NCBI GenBank assembly: GCA_016203945.1
Contig: JACQLT010000002.1
Span: 157,189-221,188, forward strand
Reading direction: 5' to 3'
Origin: Parcubacteria group bacterium
Lineage (GTDB): Bacteria; Patescibacteriota; Minisyncoccia; Minisyncoccales; UBA10102
DNA length: 64,000 nucleotides
Below are positions 7,969-16,543 of this stretch, in pieces; the first letter of the stretch is position 1, and each line of letters starts with the position of its first letter. Position numbers and translations under genes: made by a program. The notes beneath the pieces were generated by a model. That model was given only the letters and a program-made list of their open reading frames with translations, made no database searches and was not told the origin of the DNA.

Positions 7969-9245
7969 AACGCTTTGAGAAGCTTCGTGAGTCGCTCCCG
8001 ATTCGGAGCGGGACCCACCAGCGCACAATTGAGCTTGGCTGGCTTGAATATATCTTGCGCCAGCCGCAATACATCGTCCTGCGTCACTGCGCTTATTCTA
8101 TCATACACCTGTTCCAAAGCGTACGTTTCTTTCTCCAAAAGCTCTTGCAAGCCGTAAAAGGAAGCTTTTGCGTCTGAAGATTCAAGCGAGAGCGCAAGCT
8201 TCCCCCTTAGATTATCCTTCGCTTTTTGAAATTCTTCTGCGGGTATGCGCTCTGTGGCCGTCTTCCGGTACTCTTCCAGCATCACCTTTACCGCGTCTTC
8301 AACGTTTTCTTTTTTGACTCCGGCTGCGGTCACTACAAATCCCGTATCGGGATCTGTTTCACTGTCTGTTGAGACGTAGTAGGCAAGGCCGCGCTTTTCC
8401 CGAACCTCCGTGAACATCCGAGAGCTCATCATGCCTCCCAGTACCGTGGCCAGAATCTCCTGGGCATAGCGCCGGGGATCTGAAAGCGAATATGCCCGCA
8501 CGCCCAAACGCAGGTGCACCTGGTCTGTCTTGCGGTCTTCGACCAACAGCCCTGGCTCTGTCTGTTTTTCTGCAACAGGCGCCTTATGACGAAAATCGGC
8601 CGCTGGCACTGACTTAAATTTCTCTGCGACCCGTTGTTCCGCATCTGCCGGGATTTTGCCCGCAAGGCACACGACCGTATTGGAGCCGACATACTGAGAG
8701 TTCACGTATGCAACAAGGTCTTGACGCGTAAGCCCTGTGACGCTTTCTTTTGTTCCCACGATATTCCAGCCAGCAGGCGAATCCCCGTAGAGAAGCTGGC
8801 GCCAAAGAATCTGCGCCCTGGACATAGGAGAATCGTTCCGCATATGAAGCTCTTCCATCACCACCCCTTTCTCCTTCTCTATTTCTTCTGCGGGCAGCAG
8901 AGAAGCTAAAAAAATATCGGCTACCCAATCCAGGGACAGTTCAAAGTGGCGCGCATCAACCTTGGCATAGTATCCGGTGTAATCTTCACTTGTAAATGCA
9001 TTGTACGTTCCTCCGACTCGGTCCAGAACTTCTGCAACCGCAATCGGAGTAGGTCTTTTTGCCGTACCCTTGAAGAACATGTGCTCTAAAAAGTGGGAGA
9101 TGCCGTTTTGTTCTTTTGTCTCGTTCTTAGATCCCGTTCCCACGAGCACGAGCACGGTCAGCGACTCCGAACTTTCTTGCGGGAACGTAAGAACCCGCAA
9201 TCCGTTCTGGAGATTCGTCTTCTTAAGCATAAAGTTTTTTTTCAA
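7965..9245 (-). CDS. M16-family (pitrilysin/insulinase-like) zinc peptidase
   Basis: 426 aa. Contains the inverted zinc motif HFLEHMFFKGT (HxxEH) and a downstream EL..E region. Confidence 0.85.
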   Translation of the reverse strand: MKKNFMLKKTNLQNGLRVLTFPQESSESLTVLVLVGTGSKNETKEQNGISHFLEHMFFKGTAKRPTPIAVAEVLDRVGGTYNAFTSEDYTGYYAKVDARHFELSLDWVADIFLASLLPAEEIEKEKGVVMEELHMRNDSPMSRAQILWRQLLYGDSPAGWNIVGTKESVTGLTRQDLVAYVNSQYVGSNTVVCLAGKIPADAEQRVAEKFKSVPAADFRHKAPVAEKQTEPGLLVEDRKTDQVHLRLGVRAYSLSDPRRYAQEILATVLGGMMSSRMFTEVREKRGLAYYVSTDSETDPDTGFVVTAAGVKKENVEDAVKVMLEEYRKTATERIPAEEFQKAKDNLRGKLALSLESSDAKASFYGLQELLEKETYALEQVYDRISAVTQDDVLRLAQDIFKPAKLNCALVGPAPNRERLTKLLKAL

Positions 9246-10602
9246 TCGTCTTTTCCACGTCCTTTATTTTTACCCGCTCTTGCTTCATCGTATCCCTGTC
9301 GCGAATGGTCACGTCGTCTTTCTCCAGGGTTTCAAAATCCACGGTGACGGCAAAAGGCGTGCCTATCTCGTCTTGCCTTCGGTAACGCTTTCCGATGCTT
9401 TGGGTCTCGTCGTATTCGCAAACAAATCTTTCGGATAGCTTTTGGTGCAGGGATTTTGCAACCCTGTTCAACGAATCTTTCTTGGAAAGAGGCAACACGG
9501 CGACTTTCACGGGAGCCAGCCACTTCGGGAATTTCATCACAACCCGAGTTGCGCTCTCGCCCTCTTCTGCTTGCCCTGAGCTCTTCGAACGGGCCGTGGG
9601 CGCCTGTTCTTCGTGATACGCTTCGAGCATTGCAACCAACACCGACCGGTCAACGCCCCAAGTGGGTTCAATCACATGCGGCACGAATTTGTCTTTCGGA
9701 TCCTCGGGGTTCGTATACGTAAGATCAACCTTGCTTTCATGCATATGATTCTGCAGATCAAAATCTCCTCGGTATGCCAGGCCGTACAGTTCTTCCTGCC
9801 CAAAAGGATATTCATATTCGATATCCACGGTCCGCTTTGAGTAGTGCGCGCGTTCTCCGTCCGGAATATCAACGTAATGAAGTTTCTTTTCCGAAACTCC
9901 AAGGTCCTTAAGCCACAGCTTCATCTCTTCCAGCCAATGTTCAAAATGCTCCTCCCAATCTTTCTCGCGCACAAAGTATTCAATCTCCATCTGTTCAAAT
10001 TCCCTGGTGCGGAAAATAAAGTTGCCAGGAGTAATTTCGTTGCGGAATGCCTTTCCAACCTGTGCCAAACCAAAAGGCACTCGGGGATGCATAGTATCCA
10101 TGACATTTTTGAAATCTACGAACATCGCCTGCGCGGTTTCTGGACGAAAGTACACTATGTTGGCAGCGTCTTCGGTAGAGCCGAGAAATGTTTTGAGCAT
10201 TAGATTGAATTGAACGGCATCTGTCCACTCGTTCAATCCACAATTAGGACATGGAGGTACTGTCCATGATCCGGGTCGTTCTTCTGAAATACCGCCTATT
10301 TCGTCAGGTCTAAATCGCCGATGGCACATACGACATTCCACAAGCGGATCCTGAAAGTTCTTCAAGTGGCCACTTGCCTCCCACACCTTTGGATTCATGA
10401 GCAAGGCGGCGTCAATGCCCATGATATCTGCGCGCCGATGCACGAACCGTCTCCACCATTCCTGTTTAATGTTGTTCTTCAGTTCAACGCCAAGGGGACC
10501 GTAATCCCACGTATTTGCCAGTCCTCCGTATATCTCAGAGGAAGGAAACACAAAACCGCGCCGCTTGGCGAGAGAAACAATATTCTGCATCGCGTCTTCC
10601 AT
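9223..10602 (-). CDS. glyQS: Glycyl-tRNA synthetase (alpha2 type)
   Basis: 459 aa. Contains RRGFVFPSSEIYGGLANTWDYGPLG, class II motifs (FRNEITPGNFIFRTREFEQME) and a C-terminal anticodon-binding domain. Confidence 0.95.
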   Translation of the reverse strand: MEDAMQNIVSLAKRRGFVFPSSEIYGGLANTWDYGPLGVELKNNIKQEWWRRFVHRRADIMGIDAALLMNPKVWEASGHLKNFQDPLVECRMCHRRFRPDEIGGISEERPGSWTVPPCPNCGLNEWTDAVQFNLMLKTFLGSTEDAANIVYFRPETAQAMFVDFKNVMDTMHPRVPFGLAQVGKAFRNEITPGNFIFRTREFEQMEIEYFVREKDWEEHFEHWLEEMKLWLKDLGVSEKKLHYVDIPDGERAHYSKRTVDIEYEYPFGQEELYGLAYRGDFDLQNHMHESKVDLTYTNPEDPKDKFVPHVIEPTWGVDRSVLVAMLEAYHEEQAPTARSKSSGQAEEGESATRVVMKFPKWLAPVKVAVLPLSKKDSLNRVAKSLHQKLSERFVCEYDETQSIGKRYRRQDEIGTPFAVTVDFETLEKDDVTIRDRDTMKQERVKIKDVEKTIEKKLYA

Positions 10603-10684
10603 AAACCCACTCTATCACTTATCTTTAACCGAGTTAAGTTGTGAATAACTTAGCTAAGCTAAGGATTTAAAAAGGATTTAAGGA

Positions 10685-12340
10685 TTACTGTACCTTGCCT
10701 GTTTCCTCTGACACGGACGGGTCGTCTGGAAGAGCGCTTGAAACGGCAGGGGCGGTATCTGAGACCTGACGCAAGGTGAACGCGTCCTCTCCTTCAACTC
10801 GGGCCTCGTACACGAGCTGAGGGACGGTTCCCCGCTGAGCCGCGCTTGGAATGAATTTTATCTGAAACGCCACCGAGGGAGCTTCTTCTTGAGCACCGGC
10901 TCCTGCGGCAACGTCGCCCGCACGCCACTCAACTTCCCGAGTTTCCGAATTGTAGGAAAGCTGCGAAGACTTGGGCATCTGCTTTCCCGTGGGTTTCACC
11001 TCCAAAGGCATACTAGCTCGCACGACAATATTTCTCGCATCGTTGTACCTGTTGGCGACGCTCCATACGACCGTGTACGTGGTGGGTATGCCGACTTGAG
11101 GAGGAATGGGACCCGTGTTGCCGAACACCTCATCTTGATAAAGCACCTTCTGCTCCAGATCCAGTTGGGTGTTCACCTTCACGTCAAACCGGTTCTTTGC
11201 ATTCTGAACAAGCACCGTGTTGCGAACAAAGAAATTCTCTTCCCGCGAACTTACCCTGGTCCACTCGTCTTTCACGTCTATCCAGAACTCAACCCTACCC
11301 TCGTCTCCCGGCCCAAGATATTTCAGTTGAGGAACGCTATCCCATAGTATGGAGGTATCTCCCTGACCCACTCGTCCCTGGGAAGCGTTGAGGGTGGCAA
11401 AATCAAGCGCCCGCCCCTCAAGAGTGGAAACAAGCGAGAGATTCTGGAGAGACTGGTCCGACAGGTTGCGGAATGAAATCTCGTAGTGCAGCGTGTCTCC
11501 CGGAGAAGCCACGTAATCAGAAGACCCGTTCACCTTTTGAGTGACGAGCACCTGAGGAGTCGCAACCTCAACGGCCCGCGTTGATTCGTTGAGCACGAGG
11601 AATGTCCCTTCTTTCCAGCTTCCGATGGTTGCCTTGAAGGTTTTTACCTCTCCCAACGATCCCTGAAGGTTGCCCTTCAAAGAGATTTTTCCTCCCTGAT
11701 CTTTATTCAACAGACCGATGTTCCATTCGCGAGATCCGATGGAAGCCGGAAGTGTTGAGACAATCTCGAATCCTTCGGGGTATTCAACTTTCAGAAGGAG
11801 GTCCTGCAGAGGATAGTCCGAGGACGAGTCGTAGGTAAGAAAAAAGTCAAACTCCTTGAGGTTCTCGGCCGATGCGGGGAGATCCCATTCCAGGCGCACG
11901 GGACTTGAGGAAAGCAAGGTGACGCTGCTTGTTTGCGCCTCGTACTTTGCAGAAATGTTTTTAGGACGATATGTCAGCTGTGCCTTGGCTTCTTTCCGTT
12001 CTCCCTGGCGCCCGAAGAGCCGCCCCTTGAATTCAATGATTTGTTCTTGGCCCGGATAGATATCCCCGAGCTCTTTGGTTTGGCGCCTCTGGCTTCCTTC
12101 AGCAGCTATGGATCCTATCGGAAAATCAAATACCAGGATGAGCTGCTCAAGTGAAAAATCGCTGTTGTTCTTGTATTTCACGGCGTATGTAATCTCCTCT
12201 CCTGCCCCGGCTGTCGCGGGAGCTAAAATCTCCAACTTCATGTATTCGCGGGAATACGCATTCCTCTGCCAATACCAAGCAAGCACTATGCCCATAAGGA
12301 GAGCTGTTATACCGAGCATGATGAGCGTTTTCTTTGACAT
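10685..12340 (-). CDS. Membrane-anchored surface protein with repeated Ig-like (DUF11/CARDB-like) modules
   Basis: It has an N-terminal TM segment (KKTLIMLGITALLMGIVLAWYW). This is followed by 4-5 segments with the pattern GxxhxYxhxhxNxSxxxhxxhxh. I trimmed the start to ATG 12340. Confidence 0.55.
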   Translation of the reverse strand: MSKKTLIMLGITALLMGIVLAWYWQRNAYSREYMKLEILAPATAGAGEEITYAVKYKNNSDFSLEQLILVFDFPIGSIAAEGSQRRQTKELGDIYPGQEQIIEFKGRLFGRQGERKEAKAQLTYRPKNISAKYEAQTSSVTLLSSSPVRLEWDLPASAENLKEFDFFLTYDSSSDYPLQDLLLKVEYPEGFEIVSTLPASIGSREWNIGLLNKDQGGKISLKGNLQGSLGEVKTFKATIGSWKEGTFLVLNESTRAVEVATPQVLVTQKVNGSSDYVASPGDTLHYEISFRNLSDQSLQNLSLVSTLEGRALDFATLNASQGRVGQGDTSILWDSVPQLKYLGPGDEGRVEFWIDVKDEWTRVSSREENFFVRNTVLVQNAKNRFDVKVNTQLDLEQKVLYQDEVFGNTGPIPPQVGIPTTYTVVWSVANRYNDARNIVVRASMPLEVKPTGKQMPKSSQLSYNSETREVEWRAGDVAAGAGAQEEAPSVAFQIKFIPSAAQRGTVPQLVYEARVEGEDAFTLRQVSDTAPAVSSALPDDPSVSEETGKVQ

Positions 12341-12347
12341 ACTTTTA

Positions 12348-12974
12348 TTACGAAACGAGGACAATGGCGCGTTCAAGGTATGCGCGCGAAATCCGGGAAA
12401 GCTCTCCTTGTTCTCTTGTGTCTAATTTCAGTGTTTCGATGCTGCCAAGGGATTCTGTGAGCAAAGACATAACGAAAGGAAGGGCCGCTGGAGATTCTTT
12501 CTTGAGCTCTTCTGGCGCCGGAGCATATCCGCAGCGCGAAAGAAGGTTCCAAAGGAAGTGATAGTAGGCGAGGGAAGATATGAACGAACGTTCTTCTGAT
12601 GTGTTGAGGATACCCAGCACTTCCAGCAGATGCTTCCAAAGAACCGCATCCCGTTCTTTCTCTTCGCAAAAGCGCTGGCACAAGGCAGCTGCGGCCAGGG
12701 CGCTTCTCATGCTTTTTGCATTGGCACGGAGGCCCTCGTGCCGGTTCTGAAGCACGGCATCCACCACTCTCCATATTCTTCCCTGTATAAACTCAATGTG
12801 AGAGAACGAAAGGGGCTGAAGTGCTGCGCGGAGCTTAGATGCTGGCTTTCTGGCTCCTTTGGCGAGCAGGCGCATTTTGCCGAAGCGCTCTGTGAAACAC
12901 ACACACCACAGGTCGTATTCTCCCTTGGCTTCTGTGCCCAAAATGATGGCGCGTGTATCGTATCTACTGCTCAT
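12348..12974 (-). CDS. recO: DNA repair protein RecO
   Basis: Shows the OB-fold N-terminal pattern (DTRAIILGTEAKGEYDLWCVCFTERFGKMRLLAKGARK). The start at 12974 forms an ATGA overlap with the ileS stop. Confidence 0.8.
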   Translation of the reverse strand: MSSRYDTRAIILGTEAKGEYDLWCVCFTERFGKMRLLAKGARKPASKLRAALQPLSFSHIEFIQGRIWRVVDAVLQNRHEGLRANAKSMRSALAAAALCQRFCEEKERDAVLWKHLLEVLGILNTSEERSFISSLAYYHFLWNLLSRCGYAPAPEELKKESPAALPFVMSLLTESLGSIETLKLDTREQGELSRISRAYLERAIVLVS

Positions 12975-15900
12975 GGTCGTATCCCTATCCACAACTTCTT
13001 GCCTGCCTTGCCGTCAGGCAGGTCTCCCAGAACAAGTTCCTTTGCGACCGCGGTTTTGGTTCGACCCTCACGCATCTCCGATACCCCGGCACCTCTCTTG
13101 ACGGCAGCTTCGTGGGTACGCAGGAGATCTGCCGCGTCCCCTTCATATGCAAGCAATATCTTCTCTGCGGGCGTAAGGTGCGCCTCTTTGCGCATCTCCT
13201 GGATCCTGCGGATGATATCCCGCACCATACCCTCTTCTTTCAGTTCTGGAGTAATGGTGAAATCAAACTCCAAATCTTCTTTCATTGAGGGTGAGTATAT
13301 GACGTTTTTTATGTTCACCTCTTCTTTCAGCACATTAAGGATCTCCGGGGAATAGTCGGCCGACTTTCCTCGTATTTTCAATAGCGCTAAGGGTTGACGC
13401 ACCCTAACGCCGGCTTGCGCCCTCAAGGCCAATATCTTTGCCACGAGCTCGCGGAGTGAAGCCATCTGGACCTCCAGCTTGGAATCTCGGAGGGTTTTTT
13501 GAGGTTTTGGCCAAGAAGCCAGGTGCACGCTTTCTTTCTGTCCCAAGCGCTCAAACATTGCTTCGCTCAGAAAAGGAATAAAAGAAGCTGCCGCACGGCT
13601 CACTTGCTCCAGCACGAACCCGAGTACCAGGGAAGCTTCCTTTCGCTGCCGCCCTGAGGCCGCAATCTGAAACCTCGTCCTTGACCTGCGGATGTACCAC
13701 TGGGAGAGATCTTCTCCAACAAAGCGCTCCAGGGCACGGGTAGCTCCCGTGACGTCATACGCATCCATGGATGTCTCCATGTCAGCTATGAGAGAAGCCA
13801 GGCGAGAAAGAATCCATCGGTCCAACACATTCTTTGCTTTCGGAGCCTCTGAAGCACAGTTCTTAGCTCCGTAGGTTTCATAGAATACGAGAGAGTTCCA
13901 TAGGGGAAGCAGGAACTTCCTGATTGATCCTTCAATACCCTTCTTGTTGAATAACTTGGAATCCCCGGGCTGGTTCAGCGTAAAAAAGTACCATCTGACG
14001 GCGTCTGCTCCGTATGCGTTCACGATCTCCCAAGGGTTTACGATATTTCCCTTGGACTTTGACATCTTCTCACCCTTCTCGTCCAAGACATGGCCGAGGA
14101 CGATGGCATTTTTGTAGGGAGCTTTAAATCCCAGCAACGTGGACACGACGAGCAGGGTGTAGAACCAACCCCGCGTCTGATCAATGCCTTCCACGATATA
14201 ATCTGCCGGGAATTCTTTCGGCGGTTTCGAATTTCGGATTTCGAATTTCGGATTTTGCGCAAAGGGCATGGCCCCGGAATCAAACCATACGTCCACCACA
14301 TCCTTCACCCTTCTCATCGTTCCTTTCTTGCCCACCCGCCTCGGAAGCATTGCGGGCAGGCATGTGGTGCAAAAGAACCAGGCGTCGTCCACGAACGGAC
14401 GATGCAAGTTTACTTCCATGCGCTCATCTAAAGGAAGACGAGTAAATCGCACAAGGCGCGTTTCTGCAACCCGCAACCCCTCGTTTCTGCGCCATGCGAT
14501 GATCTCCTCGCGAGTAAGGCCCCTCATAGCGGCTTCCAACATAGAAAGCGGAAGCTCATGGCTAATGAGAAGAATGCGTTTCCCTTGATATCTATTCTCA
14601 AGCTCAAGAATAAAATTATATATGCGTTTCTGCACATCGTGCCAGTTCTCTCCCCCGGGCATAGGGTCTTCAAACCTTCTCAGATAGTGCTCTTCTGGGG
14701 TTTCTTTCGGCCTTGCCCATACTTTTCCAATTTTAGTTACATGTTTTCCGTTCAATTCACCTACATTTACCTCACGGAGCGCTTGCACTGTTTGGGGATT
14801 CACGCCAATTACTTTGCCGATAATATCTGCTGTTTGCTTGGTGCGAAGAAGATCTGAAGTGAAAATAAAATCAATTTTTTGTTTCTTCAGTTGTTTTGCT
14901 TGTTTCTCAACCTGAGCCCTCCCCTTTGGAGTAAGCGGCAAGGGTTTTTTCTCTGGCCAGCAAGACATAACATCAGAAAGCTGGCGCTCCGAATGGCCGT
15001 GACGCATAAGAAAGTATGTATTGGAAGAGAAGTTCTGAGAAGCCAATTCTCCAACAGAACCAATTATTTTGCGAGCTCCGCATGAACCGCATTCCCATAT
15101 AGGAAGTGGAGTTCCCCAATATCTCTCCCTGGAAAATGCCCAGTCTTTTACCTCGGAAAGCCATTCCCCGAACCTTCCTTTTTTAATGTGCGGAGGAATC
15201 CAATTGATATCCTGATTATTCTTGAGTAGCTGAGCTTTAACTTTACGCGTTGCCACAAACCAGCTTTCCTTTGCGTAGTACAGCAGCGGGGTAGAACATC
15301 GCCAGCAAAACGGATATTCATGCTCATAGTCTTCAGTTCTAAATAGGTTACCGTTCTTTTCTAAAATTTCCAGAATTAAATCTTCAGTTTTTTTATCTTT
15401 TACATACATGCCCTCCAACTCCTGTCCCACGTAAACAAACTTGCCCTGTTCATCAACGGTATGAAATTTAGGCAAACCGATTTTAGTTCCAAGATTATAG
15501 TCATCCTCTCCATACATGACCGCAGTGTGAACTACTCCCGTGCCATCTTCCGTAGAAACAAAGTCGGCTGCGTATACCTTGTAGGCTTTGCTGTCTTTGG
15601 CAAACGCTTCGATGGCAAATAGAGGTTCGTACTCTGATCCTATTAAATCGTCTCTGAAAACCGTCTGATAGCGCTTTAAGTTTGAGGAGTCAAAATCGGA
15701 AAAAATCTTAGAAGCAAGGTTTTCTGCCAAAATATAATGCTCACCGTTCTCAGACCATCTTACATATTGAATACCTTTATCGGCTGCTATCGCTAAAGCG
15801 ATATTGCCCGGAAGCGTCCACGGAGTAGTAGTCCATGCCAAAATGTAGTCTCCGGCATATACGCTGCCACCAGTACCATGATGTGATTTCACTTTAAATT

Positions 15901-16543
15901 TCACATATATCGATCGATCGGTAATGGTCTTATATCCCTGGGCAAGCTCGTGCGAAGAAAGCGCGGTTCCGCACCTACTGCAATACGGCACTACCTTAAA
16001 GTCTTTGTACAGTAGTTTTCTCTTGGAAAACTCCTTGATAATGCCCCAGAGCGTCTCAATATATTCCCTGGTATAGGTGATGTAGGGATCCTTGGTGTCT
16101 AGCCAGAATCCCACGCGCTCAGTCAGATCTTCCCACTCTTTCTTGAATTCCCATACCGACTGCTTGCATGCTGCGTTGAACTTCGCGATGCCGTATCGTT
16201 CAATGTCTTTCTTGGACTTCAGGCCCAGTTTTTTCTCAATCTGCAACTCCACGGGTAAGCCGTGCGTATCCCAGCCCGCCTTGCGGGGGACAAAAAATCC
16301 CTGCATGGTTTTGTAGCGGCACACGACGTCTTTGAACACGCGCGTGAGCACATGGTGAATGCCAGGCCCCGCGTTTGCCGTCGGAGGCCCCTCGTAAAAG
16401 ACAAACGGGCGCTTTCTCTTGCGTTTTGCCAGGGATTGTTCAAAGGTATTTTCCTTCTTCCATCTCTTCAATATGCGCTCTTCTGACTGAGGAAAATTCA
16501 CGTCCATATCTCCCAATCTACCATCGTTTGAGCGTATTTTCAA
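12971..16543 (-). CDS. ileS: Isoleucyl-tRNA synthetase with an inserted histidine-phosphatase-like domain
   Basis: 1190 aa. Contains PPTANAGPGIHHVLTRVFKD (HIGH), an editing-domain WTTTPWTLPGN, KMSKSKGN and a DVWFDSG block. An internal block of about 200 aa is foreign to IleRS (next feature). The start could instead be M13 (16507). Confidence 0.95.
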   Translation of the reverse strand: MKIRSNDGRLGDMDVNFPQSEERILKRWKKENTFEQSLAKRKRKRPFVFYEGPPTANAGPGIHHVLTRVFKDVVCRYKTMQGFFVPRKAGWDTHGLPVELQIEKKLGLKSKKDIERYGIAKFNAACKQSVWEFKKEWEDLTERVGFWLDTKDPYITYTREYIETLWGIIKEFSKRKLLYKDFKVVPYCSRCGTALSSHELAQGYKTITDRSIYVKFKVKSHHGTGGSVYAGDYILAWTTTPWTLPGNIALAIAADKGIQYVRWSENGEHYILAENLASKIFSDFDSSNLKRYQTVFRDDLIGSEYEPLFAIEAFAKDSKAYKVYAADFVSTEDGTGVVHTAVMYGEDDYNLGTKIGLPKFHTVDEQGKFVYVGQELEGMYVKDKKTEDLILEILEKNGNLFRTEDYEHEYPFCWRCSTPLLYYAKESWFVATRKVKAQLLKNNQDINWIPPHIKKGRFGEWLSEVKDWAFSRERYWGTPLPIWECGSCGARKIIGSVGELASQNFSSNTYFLMRHGHSERQLSDVMSCWPEKKPLPLTPKGRAQVEKQAKQLKKQKIDFIFTSDLLRTKQTADIIGKVIGVNPQTVQALREVNVGELNGKHVTKIGKVWARPKETPEEHYLRRFEDPMPGGENWHDVQKRIYNFILELENRYQGKRILLISHELPLSMLEAAMRGLTREEIIAWRRNEGLRVAETRLVRFTRLPLDERMEVNLHRPFVDDAWFFCTTCLPAMLPRRVGKKGTMRRVKDVVDVWFDSGAMPFAQNPKFEIRNSKPPKEFPADYIVEGIDQTRGWFYTLLVVSTLLGFKAPYKNAIVLGHVLDEKGEKMSKSKGNIVNPWEIVNAYGADAVRWYFFTLNQPGDSKLFNKKGIEGSIRKFLLPLWNSLVFYETYGAKNCASEAPKAKNVLDRWILSRLASLIADMETSMDAYDVTGATRALERFVGEDLSQWYIRRSRTRFQIAASGRQRKEASLVLGFVLEQVSRAAASFIPFLSEAMFERLGQKESVHLASWPKPQKTLRDSKLEVQMASLRELVAKILALRAQAGVRVRQPLALLKIRGKSADYSPEILNVLKEEVNIKNVIYSPSMKEDLEFDFTITPELKEEGMVRDIIRRIQEMRKEAHLTPAEKILLAYEGDAADLLRTHEAAVKRGAGVSEMREGRTKTAVAKELVLGDLPDGKAGKKLWIGIRP
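14429..15022 (-). other. In-frame histidine phosphatase (phosphoglycerate-mutase-like) domain inside ileS (aa ~508-705)
   Basis: Reads NTYFLMRHGHSERQ, SDLLRTKQTA, EVNVGELNG and RILLISHELPL. This is the RHG His, downstream Arg, Glu and second His signature. It is flanked by the IleRS segments PIWECGSCG...GELASQ and NLHRPFVDD. Confidence 0.75.
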
